38,450 bases of DNA from Octopus bimaculoides (taxonomy: Eukaryota): assembly GCF_001194135.2 (NCBI RefSeq), contig NC_068989.1:47692806-47731255 (forward strand), in the 5' to 3' direction. A program made the position numbers and the translations under genes. Within the stretch, counting starts at the first letter, position 1. The number at the start of each line of letters is the position of its first letter. This document shows, piece by piece, positions 24,660 through 36,849 of the stretch. Below the pieces are notes generated by a model. The model was not told where the DNA came from and searched no databases. It saw nothing but the letters and a program-made list of their open reading frames with translations.

Positions 24660-24769
24660 ACAACAATGATAATAAGGATTATTACGAAGTTGCATAGCAT
24701 TATCTTTAATTCTTTTTTGTATGTATACAGCTTTACATTGACCTACACATGTTTCAAGTGCAACGATTA

Positions 24770-24920
24770 GTAACCGTTGAAATTTTAACCCTACAATAAT
24801 AGGGGTGCCGTTTCTTCAAGGTCTTTACTGAATATCCTTCGGTTTAACTGTTAAAGTTTTTCGTTTATCTGTCTTCTCTGCGTTGTATGATGAAGAGCTG
24901 TTCGCTAAGTTAGACGCGAA
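24770..24920 (+). mobile_element. Possible Penelope-like 3' end with a decayed hammerhead
   Basis: NFNPTIIGVPFLQGLY* resembles a PLE ORF end; followed by (A)UGAUGA-A-GAGC-UGUUC-GCU...GUUA-GACGC. Confidence 0.35.
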
Positions 24921-25699
24921 CAACCTTCATTCAAGTTTTGATTGGATAATGATTCATATAGTTCATTATTTCAAAACATTCTGTTGTTTAAATGCTTATT
25001 ATTCATTTATACTGGGAAATGTGAATTTCTTTATGTGTAAGCATCTCAAAACTTGTTAGTATATAGAATTTATTACATTACTCTTAGGTGTAAAAACCTG
25101 ATAAAACTCTTCTTTACTTCCAGATCTGTATGGTTTTGCAGTATAAAATGAATTCCCAATTGATAGGATAGACATTGTTTATGTCTTTAATACACCAGAT
25201 TAATTTACTAAGACTTGTTTGTAAATCTATTATTTTTATCTCTAATGAACTCAAATGTGTGTGTGTGTCCTCAAGCATGGTAAAGGCGGTTCACAGTTCT
25301 CCAGCATGACCCCAGACTTTGGCTGACACCAGTAAGAGGATACTAGAATATATATATATATATATATATANNNNNNNNNNNNNNNNNNNNNNNNNNNNNN
25401 NNNNNNNNNNNNNNNNNNNNNNNNNNNNNNNNNNNNNNNNNNNNNNNNNNNNNNNNNNNNNNNNNNNNNNNNNNNNNNNNNNNNNNNNNNNNNNNNNNNN
25501 NNNNNNNNNNNNNNNNNNNNNNNNNNNNNNNNNNNNNNNNNNNNNNNNNNNNNNNNNNNNNNNNNNNNNNNNNNNNNNNNNNNNNNNNNNNNNNNNNNNN
25601 NNNNNNNNNNNNNNNNNNNNNNNNNNNNNNNNNNNNNNNNNNNNATATATTTTTAAACAGGAATATAGCAGTGCAACCTCTAGCCAAGCAGTTACTGTG

Positions 25700-25740
25700 T
25701 GTGCTGAGGAAGATAAATAAACCAGAAACCGCGGTACGCA
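25700..25740 (+). ncRNA. Candidate minimal type I hammerhead ribozyme (PLE type)
   Basis: UGUG-CUGAGGA-AGAUAAAUAAACCA-GAA-ACCGCGGU-A-CGCA: intact core, palindromic stem III, GUA site, 4 bp stem I, poor stem II. Confidence 0.55.
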
Positions 25741-26012
25741 GATATTGCTTTGTGCTGAGTGGGGATACTAAACACCACTGCTCAAAAATATAAGGACACA
25801 ATTAGTGTGTCGTATAGCCATCTGGAGACGATGTTTCCTGGGGCTAAAAACAGTAACATTCGTCCCAACCCGGACTGCAACATTACGTTGGCAAATAATC
25901 TATACTATAAATATATATATAACAAAAATAAGCAAATAATTTTGAAATTGTATGGATAATACCGTACTAAATTTTGGTGCCTCAACTTATATACCTAATT
26001 TATCTGAATCTA

Positions 26013-26052
<40 letters not shown>

Positions 26053-26087
26053 AAGATAGATAGATAGATAAATAGATNNNNNNNNNN

Positions 26088-26158
<71 letters not shown>

Positions 26159-26624
26159 CGACGGATTTCTTTCAGCTTCCGTCTATACGCGCGCGCGCTC
26201 ACACACACACAAAAACAAGTACGGCACAGGGCGACAAACTCACCCACGAACTCCATGAAACAAACAAACACATGCAATCTGATATACAAATACACAAATA
26301 CACACGTGAACACGTTATAGCAGATTCCCTTGCATTTGTTATTGAAACACAATATGACACACTAATATGTATGGCTTAGTGAATACGAGTTTGGAAACAA
26401 CACTATGTACCTTGTGCGAATGTGACCGTGGAGGTAGGGAGTCAAAGCCCATCTAATTTCACAAAAAGATAATTTTATATTTAGTAGTGTGAAACAGAGC
26501 GTGACCGTGTGTCTGCAGTCATTTCTAATACGTACTACCAACTAACACCATCACTTTTTCATATTTGGCACCATTCCTAGGAAGTGTCCCTCCCATAAGT
26601 GCTTGATTTTGATTTTTTCAGTAT

Positions 26625-26674
<50 letters not shown>

Positions 26675-27017
26675 NNNNNNNNNNNNNNNNNNNNNNNNNN
26701 NNNNNNNNNNNNNNNNNNNNNNNNNNNNNNNNNNNNNNNNNNNNNNNNNNNNNNNNNNNNNNNNNNNNNNNNNNNNNNNNNNNNNNNNNNNNNNNNNNNN
26801 NNNNNNNNNNNNNNNNNNNNNNNNNNNNNNNNNNNNNNNNNNNNNNNNNNNNNNNNNNNNNNNNNNNNNNNNNNNNNNNNNNNNNNNNNNNNNNNNNNNN
26901 NNNNNNNNNNNNNNNNNNNNNNNNNNNNNNNNNNNNNNNNNNNNNNNNNNNNNNNNNNNNNNNNNNNNNNNNNNNNNNNNNNNNNNNNNNNNNNNNNNNN
27001 NNNNNNNNNNNNNNNNN

Positions 27018-27075
<58 letters not shown>

Positions 27076-27510
27076 TTATATATATATACATATTTATACT
27101 TATATATATGTATACATATATACATGTGTGTATATATACATGTATATATATACATACATACAAATATATATGTGTATATTTTTTTCACACACACATACAC
27201 ATATATACATACTCACATATAGATGCGTGTGTATGTGTGGACAGGTAATCAGGCAAATAGCTTGTTTCACTTCTACATTAATTTCAGTCGTTGGGCTACG
27301 GCCATATCGTAGCACCATATTGAAAAGTTTTAATTGATGAAATGCTTATATCTATGTCTGATATTTACTTTAGCGAATATTTGCTGCACTGTAAACTACA
27401 GAATACAAACGCAAACTCCGTATTTTTAAATGATGTCATCGTAAAGAAAGAAATACAGATGGAGGCATAGAATCACACACACATACACACATACACTCAT
27501 ACACACATAT

Positions 27511-27725
27511 CTGTGTGTGTGTTTGTGTGTCTGTGTTTGTCTCCTCACCATTGCTTGACAACCGATGTTGGTGTGTTTACGTCCCCGTAGCTTAGCGATT
27601 CGGCATAAGTGACAGATAGAGTAAGTACTAGGTTTACAAAAAATAAGTCCTGGGGTCGTTTTGTTCGACTAAAGGTGGTGCTCCAGCATGGCCGCAGTGA
27701 AATGACTGAAACAAGTAAATGAATA
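27511..27725 (+). mobile_element. SINE family A, 3' half
   Basis: Matches 5670-5877. Confidence 0.88.
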
Positions 27726-27868
27726 AAAAATAAAAAAAGAATACAGTAATGTATCATGTACCTTGACATTATACACAATAGTACACTTGAAACAATCTCT
27801 CTAAGACCATCGTGAGTCTAGTGATATAGTCACTGACAAGCTATCAGGTCGAAAGAAAGGAATATAGT

Positions 27869-28063
27869 TTAATAATCCTTTCTACTATAGGCACAAGGCC
27901 TGAAATTTTGGGGGAGGGGATAACTGGTACTTAATTTATCGACCCCGAAAGAATGAAAGGCAAAGTCGACCTCGGCGTAATTTGAACTCAGAACGTAGTG
28001 GCAGATGAAATACCGCTAAGCATTCACCCGGCGTGCTAACGATTCTGTCAGCTCACCGCCTTC
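27869..28063 (-). mobile_element. SINE family B with 14 bp TSD
   Basis: Head AAGGCGGTGAGCTGACAGAATCG, B-box-like GAGTTCAAATT; TSD GAAAGGAATATAGT at 27855-27868 and 28067-28080. Confidence 0.92.
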
Positions 28064-28129
28064 AACGAAAGGAATATAGTGATGTACTAAACAGCTTTTG
28101 ATAAAGAAAGGTGGAGTATCTGAAGAAAG

Positions 28130-28405
28130 GAATCGCAGTTGGAAGCTCGTGATAGTATGCCTTGATTACTACAAAGTGTTTGACTCCATTACGTGCACGT
28201 GGTTTTTTAAATCACTACAACGAACAAAACCAGCGGATGTCTTAGTTTCTGCTGTCAAAAGGCTCGTGAAAACCCCCCTCTGCAATCCTCACGCCTGTAG
28301 CTGAAAGGGGAACGACTGTCTCTGCTGTTGTTAGTATTTCAGATGGAATATTCCAAGGGGGCAGTCTATCGATACTTTTATTTCAATAAATTGAAAATCC
28401 CCTGT
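28130..28405 (+). mobile_element. R4/Dong-type LINE reverse-transcriptase fragment (domains 3-4)
   Basis: LVIVCLDYYKVFDSITCTW...AVKRL, then frameshifted ISDGIFQGGSLSILLF..ENPL, matching WxDYKKAFDS and GIFQGDSLS..LF...NPL of RLE-clade RTs. Confidence 0.85.
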
Positions 28406-28451
28406 TAATGCAATGTTGAAAACAGGATTTGTACAGGTCGTATTTTGTTTG

Positions 28452-28714
28452 GTGGAGGCACATGGCTAAATGATTAGGGTCTTGGATTTATGATCGTAAG
28501 ATTGCTGTTTCGGTTCCTTGAACAGGTGGCGCGTTGTGTTCTTGAACAAAACACTTCATTGCACGTTGCTCCTGTCCACTCAGCTGACAAAAATGAGTAA
28601 ACCTGCGACGAACTGGCGTCCCTTCTAGGTGGGGAATATATACGCCACGAAACCGGAAACCCGGCCCTTATGTGTCGTTATGACTCGAGAAGGTAACTTT
28701 ATCTTTTTTTTTTA
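28452..28714 (+). mobile_element. tRNA-derived SINE family C with a distinct tail and 10 bp TSD
   Basis: Head GTGGAGGCACATGGC, core GTTGTGTTCTTGAACAAAACACTT...CCACTCAGCTG.CAAAAATGAGTA; TSD TATTTTGTTT at 28441-28450 and 28719-28728. Confidence 0.88.
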
Positions 28715-29412
28715 CATATATTTTGTTTAGAAAACTATTCCACCATCATTTCAAAAATCTTCAACCAACTCACAAACTCATGCTGTAACCAACAACCTGT
28801 CGTTAAATCTTTCTCTCTGAATATGAAGCCTGGAAACTTATCGTTAAATCATCTAGAAACGTGTTCTGTTTTCACAGCAGAATCTCTGATCAATTATGAA
28901 TACAAAACAGGAAGTTTATGTTAACATTGCAGTCCATGAGGAAGCTCAAGCTAAGACCATCATGGATTCAGATGAACTGGCCAAGTACTAACACTACGTT
29001 TCCCCCATGAGATACTTTGCAGTAGATGCAGCAATGCTTAATGAAATATGCAGAAGAATAACTCAATCAGACTGTGAAGAGCGATATCAGCTTAACTTCT
29101 TTTTTTAAAGTAGTAGTTCTCCAACTTTAAAGCTGTAGTTCTCAAACGCGCAAAATATACTCATTTGAACCACAGTCACCCCTGTCTATCAAATTGAACT
29201 CCTACGAATACAGGTTTCATGAAACGGTCAGTCTTCTTGTACATCAGAAATACCAGTATCACAAATATGAAATGAAATGAAGGAATACGCGGGAACATTG
29301 AATAACTAATAACAACGATATCTAGATGAATTTTTGTATCGAATGTTTTACATTTGTTTTTACATTCAAAGTGTTTCATATGGGTTGTTCACAAAAAATC
29401 AAGACGCAAAAT

Positions 29413-29690
29413 AACAAGAGCACTCAGAGAGTGCAAACCTCTGCCAAGGCAACACCAGCGTCCTCTCAACGATTAGCCAGAGATGATTTTGAAAATGAGA
29501 ATATCTGAAATAAACTCGACTGCTCTCACAAACGAGAACACCAAAAATGAACCCGACTACTCTCAAAAAACAGGAAAAATAATCCAGAATCCTGTCCGGT
29601 ATCAGTTCGATCCCAAAATCTAATCAACCACACTAAATCGTCGTCGAGATATATTTTTGCTTACGACGTTTTCATACATACAGAATGGCA
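29413..29690 (+). mobile_element. 5' part of a Helentron/DINE-1-like non-autonomous element
   Basis: Begins AACAAGAGCACTCAGAGAG.GCAAACCTC.GCCAAGGC and contains AATCCAGAATCC...CCAAAATCTAATCA, as recalled for this class. No 3' end visible. Confidence 0.5.
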
Positions 29691-30268
29691 GAAATAGTGG
29701 TGTTTTGCAAGTAGACATATCAAAAGACTATACGTTCTACGCATATTGACAAGTACATTANNNNNNNNNNNNNNNNNNNNNNNNNNNNNNNNNNNNNNNN
29801 NNNNNNNNNNNNNNNNNNNNNNNNNNNNNNNNNNNNNNNNNNNNNNNNNNNNNNNNNNNNNNNNNNNNNNNNNNNNNNNNNNNNNNNNNNNNNNNNNNNN
29901 NNNNNNNNNNNNNNNNNNNNNNNNNNNNNNNNNNNNNNNNNNNNNNNNNNNNNNNNNNNNNNNNNNNNNNNNNNNNNNNNNNNNNNNNNNNNNNNNNNNN
30001 NNNNNNNNNNNNNNNNNNNNNNNNNNNNNNNNNNNNNNNNNNNNNNNNNNNNNNNNNNNNNNNNNNNNNNNNNNNNNNNNNNNNNNNNNTCTTTAGGCTA
30101 CTAAATAAATATTTTCATTTACATATCTGCATCAGAAAAATTTTACATTATAATCTTTCTAGAATATGTGTGAGCGAAAGAAACACGCAATGAGCAAAAG
30201 ACAGAGAGAAGATAGAAAGAAACAGAGAGAGAAAACAACTTTCTATAGAAGTTGAAAGACAGAGGGAT

Positions 30269-30299
<31 letters not shown>

Positions 30300-30448
30300 C
30301 GCTCGTGCTTCATACTGTATGTGACGGTGAAAGAAATCCAGCACAAAAAGTGGGGGAATGGGAGAGAAGACGCTGATAACCTCGGAAACGAGGTCATGTC
30401 GCACAATATTTTAATCATTTTCCAGCAATATTTCAATTGGCTTTTAAT

Positions 30449-30796
30449 GTTTCACTTTCGTCCGGTATTTCACGCATGCGTAGAATTTGGCTTTATCTCC
30501 TTCGCACAATTTTGAGGTCATTTTCGGGTAATATTTCGATTTGTTTCGAACGTTTCCCTTTCGTCCGATGTTTCACGCAAGCGTAGAATTTGGATTTATC
30601 TCTTTCGCACAATTTTGAGGTCATTTTCGAGTAATATTTCGATTTGTTTCTAACGTTTCACTTTCTTCCGATGTTTTACGCAAAAAAGAAGTTAGCATTA
30701 TCTCTCTCTTTCAATTTCGATTTGTTTCTAACGTTTCACTTTCTTCCGATGTTTTACGTAAAAAAAAAGTTGGCATTATCTCTCTCTTTCAATTTC
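30449..30796. repeat. Two-tier tandem array: 2 x 103 bp, then ~2 x 78 bp related units
   Basis: Units start GTTTC(A/C)CTTTC at 30449, 30552, 30655 and 30733. Confidence 0.93.
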
Positions 30797-31675
30797 CCAT
30801 TATAATGTATGGAGACACTACGTTATCAACAACATGTTACAACTTCACTAACTTCATTGATATATAACTAAACCTAACACACTTTTCTATCATTTATATA
30901 GATAATTCCAAACATGTTCTGTAAAGATAATTTATTTCTTAGGCTTTCACAGTTCATCAGCCATGAAGTCACACATCACTACATTGCTACTGCCCAACCT
31001 CTGCATACCAGCATAACCCATTTATTTTCAAGAAGCACAGCGTCCGTATACATTGATGCCAAACTGCCCGCATCACTCACACTGTTTACTCATATCCTTA
31101 TATGTGCACATAAACACACAGCCCAAAATGTCCCTTCCTTATTCTGTTGATCTCAACATTGATATAAACTGATACCAAATATGCTTGCAGAAAACCATAA
31201 TACTTTTCAACATGGCTTTTTCATTGGGGAAGCTAATGTATATGTGTATTGTTCACAGTTATCAGCAAATACTATGAGACAAGTAAGAACTATTTCAACT
31301 TCTACATTACCCGATTTGTAACCATGAAAATGCGTTGCCAATATTGCTGTATAAGATATCAAAACATTGGGCAATCTTTCGGCTACCAGCGTAAAGTAAG
31401 TTTTTGGCACAGCAAACCTATTTTACAACAAAAATAACACGAAAACGAGGCTCGGTCGCACGACTTTTACGTCATTTTGATGACAATGTTGGGATTTCAT
31501 TCTAATCTAAGCTGCCATTGTACATGTTTTTAGTATCAAAAGTTTCAGCATTGTTCATCCCAAAATGACCGAAAAACATATTTATAAAAATGATTTCTTT
31601 GCTTCATACTCCTTGTGTGCCGATTTTGCCCATAAAAAAGGAGCAAATAATACAATGTGGTTGTAGGTCATGACG

Positions 31676-31704
31676 CCCGGGCAACGTCGGGATGCATTGA
31701 TAGT
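31676..31704 (+). mobile_element. Helitron-like 3' terminus
   Basis: CCCGGGCAACGTCGGG hairpin followed 9 nt later by TAG|T (CTAG-like end). Confidence 0.5.
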
Positions 31705-31806
31705 CGACCACTAAAACTCTGAGGTATATTGAGTAAACGTTGTTTCTTGACATCATTACGAATATCAGTGTCTATGCTTTCAGCTGACATGCATATATGA
31801 ATTGCG

Positions 31807-31953
<147 letters not shown>

Positions 31954-32059
31954 TATACAGACATGACAGAAGTAAATAGATTCGTTTACAATCGTTAAAA
32001 TTTATCTAAATCTGAAATTATACATTCAAATTATCTATTAATTGTTATAATGTGAATAT

Positions 32060-32800
32060 TTGATATTTAGTAGACATGTTCTTTGTATTTTTCAATGCAA
32101 CAACCTTATTAAACATGCAAATGATTAGATGACGAATATTCTCTTGCGGAATTTCTTTCTACGTTTCATGCAGTAATCCCCAAAGATCTGGCTTTGAAGA
32201 TGTTTTTTTTTGTTCTTTTCATGAAGTGTCCTGTCCATTATGACCCAGAAGTGTTCAATAGCGTTCTGGCTTGGCCGTGAATGCTTTGTAATGCCATTCT
32301 CATCCAACAGATCTTGGGTCATTTTTCCACTGGAGAAGATTGAAAGGAGTGGAGACATATTTATCTGAGTTTATGTTTCTTTCACACTCCACTAGCTCTG
32401 ATCAACCATTGCTCCAAATTGCTCCCCAGACCATCACAGAATAGCTGCCATGTTTCATTGTTGGCTGCAATATTTTCATATCAAATTCTTGATCACAGAG
32501 TCTCTAGACCTACCCTCGACCACTGACAGGAAATACAGCAAATTTGGACCTATCAGAGAGCATGAGAGTATCCCAAATTACTAGTGGCTTCTCCACCATT
32601 TCACTGGCTCAGTCTTTTCACCGATTGATGTTATCTGCTCGAAGAAGTGGTTTCCTTCTTGCTGCTCTGCAATAGTAGTCAAGTTTGTGGAGATACCTGA
32701 CAGCTGTTCTGGGACTGACATCAACTTGTTCTGCTATGTCAGAGGCCTTGCAACAAGGGTTATCCTCCACACTTCTCTTACCAACGAGAAGGGTCCTGTT
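32060..32800 (-). pseudogene. Tc1-family DD34E transposase relic
   Basis: RAARRKPLL...LSDRSKF...GR..V*R...[18 protein letters not shown]...ELVECE.NINSDKY, then PSQNAIEHFW and EIPQENIRHLI.....TKY; many stops; no TIRs seen. Confidence 0.92.
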
Positions 32801-33153
32801 TGAGAGCCTTGGTTGATTTGGGCAAGGTGATGCGGAATCCTTCCCCCTCTCTGTTGAATATATATATTATGATAAGTAATTGTAAGAACCAAGTATCTAG
32901 GTGTAGGAAGTTAGTTAACTTCGAGCAGTCCACAGTAGGCATTAAAAACAACTTTCAGAAACAAAAATATTTTATTGGCGTAGAAGGTTGTAGGATTTCT
33001 CATTTCGAATTTCGATAAGCTGAAAAAAGTTGTTTTACAGTTCACAGTTAGCATTTTGGGTTGCTATGAATGCGAATAACAATCCAAATTGATGGAGTGG
33101 AGCAGGTAAAATCCAGCCTACATATGTTTCCTCGCTAGCAGAACCTTAGAAGC

Positions 33154-33313
33154 AATAATTACTCAACGTAGGTACTCCACTACCTACTCATTTTAAATCA
33201 AATTTCCTGCAAGTTAACTTGGTGTCCCTTGACCTCAAATGTAACCTTAATGTAACTAAGCTTTCTTCGGCCTTATGAGTAGCTAGAGGAGTACCCCTCG
33301 GTGAGTAATTATT
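33154..33313. repeat. ~160 bp MITE-like unit with imperfect ~38 bp terminal inverted repeats
   Basis: AATAATTACTCA...TACTCC..CTA.CTACTCAT (33154-33191) is inverted at 33275-33313. Confidence 0.75.
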
Positions 33314-33314
33314 A

Positions 33315-33382
33315 GCTACATACGCGTTTCGAGATTAGACTGAAGTTATTTTTACTTACTTATTTCGCCTCATCAGTGCAGC
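33315..33382 (-). ncRNA. Type I hammerhead ribozyme with canonical core (PLE/retrozyme type)
   Basis: GCUGCA-CUGAUGA-GG(35 nt)UC-GAA-ACGCGU-A-UGUAGC: 6 bp stem I, intact core, palindromic stem III, GUA cleavage triplet. Confidence 0.78.
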
Positions 33383-33565
33383 ATTTCGAAATATATATTT
33401 GAAAGTGTTAGGATTAAATATGTACGCGATCGAGCGCCATCGCATAACTGATATTCAAACAACACTTCCAAAAATATACAGCCGAATGTGAACACATATT
33501 TATCCTCAATACCCACGTGTGTGTTACGAGAAATCCCGCAGAAACTGCAGTTTTCGATCAGGGAG

Positions 33566-33624
<59 letters not shown>
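33566..33624. repeat. (GATA)n microsatellite
   Basis: Directly visible. Confidence 0.98.
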
Positions 33625-33657
33625 GTAATACATACATACATAAATACATACATTGCT

Positions 33658-34001
33658 GAGACCCCCTTCGGTCATGACTGATCATGGGATTGCACCTAGA
33701 AGGTTCCCCTCCCAGGCACAAGTCCGGGCAAGGTTGTTTATGGAAGACCAGCAGTCGCCCATGCATACCAGCCTCCCCTCTCCACGCCACGCCACCAGTG
33801 TTATCCAAGGGAAAAGGCAAAGAGGCCGATACAGCTAGGCACCTGTGACGTCGCAACTCATTTCTACAGCTGAGTGAACTGAAGCAACGTCAAATAAAGT
33901 GTCTTGCTCAAGAACACAACACGCAGTCCGGTCCGGGATTCGAAGTCACAACCTCGCGATCATAAGCTCGACGCTCTAGTCACTGAGCCATGCACCTTCA
34001 C
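33658..34001 (-). mobile_element. tRNA-derived SINE family C with an RTE-like 3' tail
   Basis: Same head and core as 8012-8335 and 28452; the tail ends CTAGGTGCAATCCCATGATCAGTCATGACCGAAGGGGGTCT. Confidence 0.88.
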
Positions 34002-34005
34002 ATAC

Positions 34006-34038
<33 letters not shown>

Positions 34039-34511
34039 CATACATACACACTCACACATACATACATACATGTATGCACACATACATACATATATACATG
34101 CATACATACATACATACATACATACATACATACATACATACATACACACATACATACATAGGTAGATAACGAGATAGATTTGCTATTATGCTTAGAAGCA
34201 ATGCACGTTACTAGAATTTCTGACTCCAGTCGAAAAGATTAAACCACTCCAAATTCTAGTATAATATGAACGGATTTAGGACTGGCTTACTTGTACAAAC
34301 ATAAATCATATAATGTATAACAAGGAAGTCAATGACATTTTGATATATCGTAAATGCCGCAGATTTTGCGTAAGCGATTATATTCCTCTTTTTATCTCTT
34401 GTGCAATTATCTGAAATGTACGTATTAAATGCATTGAAATATCATTACTTATTTTGACCTGTATGTGTGTAAGTAGTGTGTGCATGTATACGTATATATG
34501 TGTGTGCATGT

Positions 34512-34545
<34 letters not shown>

Positions 34546-34574
34546 GATTATATATGTGTGTGTATGTGTGTGTG

Positions 34575-34735
34575 TGTGTACACTCTTATCTGGCGGGCTT
34601 CAATACAGTTTCCATCTACCAAATTCACTTTACAAATCTTCGGTGAAACAGAGAATATGTTAGAAGTTTCGTGGGTCACATGCTCAAGTTTCTACGCAAT
34701 GGAATCGAACTGGGAACCTCGTGGCTAGAAAGGAA
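34575..34735 (-). mobile_element. SINE family A head, strongly decayed
   Basis: CAGTTTCCATCTACCAAATTCACT...GGAATCGAACTGGGAACC. Confidence 0.55.
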
Positions 34736-35289
34736 AATTCCGATATACCACACAAATATGCTTAACTTATACGTTCAGAAACATAATAATAGGCAGAAAA
34801 GTGTATAAAAAGAATCGTTGTTGTGAAAGCAAGCAATAAAGGTGATACAAAAATAGTTATAGCGTTCAAGTCATTTTTGCTTCTGTTCTTTCTGAATCAT
34901 AAGAGATATATTTTCTCCATCAGGCTCTGACTTTCTTAAATAGATAAATATATCTGAATGAGATATAATACTCCCCCCCCCCATGTGCTTCCCTATTGTG
35001 ACTCCATCATTAAACAAAGTCTCGGAAAGACGTTTGAATTCTAACAAATTGTTGCATTATTATAATCCACAGAATACGAAGTTGATTAAATAATTATAAT
35101 TATAGCATTTACTTCTATTTGTCTAGACAGAAATACCTTTGGTAATTATTATATTACTGATTTATTCAATTTTTTTTTTTGTTTCGATGCTACCGAAATG
35201 TTGAAAAACGAAGTCTATTATTTTTGCCGATATTCTGATGATTATGAACATAATTTGTAAAATACCGATAAAATATATTTATTTGCGTC

Positions 35290-35431
35290 GTCGTTGTTCT
35301 CAGCATTATCAACATCATTATTATCTTCCTCGTAATTATTATCATCATCTTGATGATGGTACAATTGTCAGCGTCACCGTCATCATCACTATCGATCACA
35401 CGATCATGATCATAAGCACCACCACCACTAC

Positions 35432-35465
<34 letters not shown>

Positions 35466-36560
35466 TCTATAATCACGAGCCTCTTTATAATCATTATTAT
35501 TATCGTTGTCGTCGGTGTCACCGTCATCATCTTCGTCGTCAGCGTCATCATCCAGATTATGACCATAATCGGCAGCAGGAGCAACAGAAGATGAAACAGA
35601 AACGGCGTAAGCATCATTACGATCGTCTTCCTCGTGGATGCTGTAGTCATCTTCGTCGTTGTCGTCGTCGTCGTCATCATCATCGTCATCATCATCATCG
35701 TCATCATCATCATCGTCATCATCATCGTCATCATCATCATCATCATCATCGTCATCATCATCATCGTCATCATCATCATCGTCATCATCATCATCATCAT
35801 CATCGTCATCATCATCATCGTCATCCTCATCATCGTCATCATNNNNNNNNNNNNNNNNNNNNNNNNNNNNNNNNNNNNNNNNNNNNNNNNNNNNNNNNNN
35901 NNNNNNNNNNNNNNNNNNNNNNNNNNNNNNNNNNNNNNNNNNNNNNNNNNNNNNNNNNNNNNNNNNNNNNNNNNNNNNNNNNNNNNNNNNNNNNNNNNNN
36001 NNNNNNNNNNNNNNNNNNNNNNNNNNNNNNNNNNNNNNNNNNNNNNNNNNNNNNNNNNNNNNNNNNNNNNNNNTCATCGTCATCATCATCGTCATCATCA
36101 TCATCATCATCATCGTCATCATCATCATCGTCATCGTCATCATCGTCATCATCGTCATCATCATCGTCATCATCATCATCATCATCATCGTCATCATCAT
36201 CGTCATCATCATCGTCATCATCATCATCATCATCATCATCATCGTCATCATCATCATCGTCATCATCATCATCGTCATCATCATCATCATCATCATCGTC
36301 ATCATCATCATCGTCATCCTCATCATCGTCATCATCATCATCGTCATTATCATCATCGTCATCATGATCATCATCAACATCGTCGACGTCATTATTATTA
36401 CCATTGTCTTCGTTATCCTCGTCGTCAATATTCACCATTATCATCATTATCGTTGTCGTCATCCTTCTGCTCATCATCCTCTTCATTATTATCCCTCTCG
36501 TTCTCTTCTCTTATTTCTCTTGATCCTCATCATCGTCATCGTCATCATCATCATCATGAA
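35290..36560. repeat. (ATC/GTC)n trinucleotide tract with N gap
   Basis: Directly visible; source of the poly-D/S/H/I/M ORFs. Confidence 0.97.
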
Positions 36561-36849
36561 GAATAACAACAACTTCAGCAGCAGCAGCAGCAAAAGCAGC
36601 GATAGAATATTGTACAGAAAAGGAAGCGCGTACTGCTATAGGAGAGTGTCAAACCTCTACCATAGAAAAGTCTTCCATCTTTAAAACAAAAGGAAGAACG
36701 CATTCACCTATGTTGCCTGAGGTATAATATTATGTCTGAAAAGAAGTGGAGATGCTCCCAACCGAAACAACTTTGGTCATATATAGTGAGTTCAAAAAAG
36801 AAAAACGACAAAAAAACAACAAAAAACAACAACGCGAGGGCGTGATACA

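Noticed and set aside
23837-24770. ORFs of 250-300 aa
   Set aside because: Mostly N gap plus (TATG)n/(CA)n repeats.
28880-29100. Near-open frame VYVNIAVHEEAQAKTIMDSDELAKY*HYVSPMRYF...
   Set aside because: Contains a stop and I recognise no family; needs tBLASTx.
30944-30962. CUGAUGA-ACUGU-GAAAGCCUA on the minus strand
   Set aside because: Stem II loop is sterically too small and there is no stem I.
35190-36684. Long ORFs (200-400 aa; poly-D, S, H, I, M)
   Set aside because: Translations of an (ATC/GTC)n microsatellite that run through an N gap; no domain or splice support.
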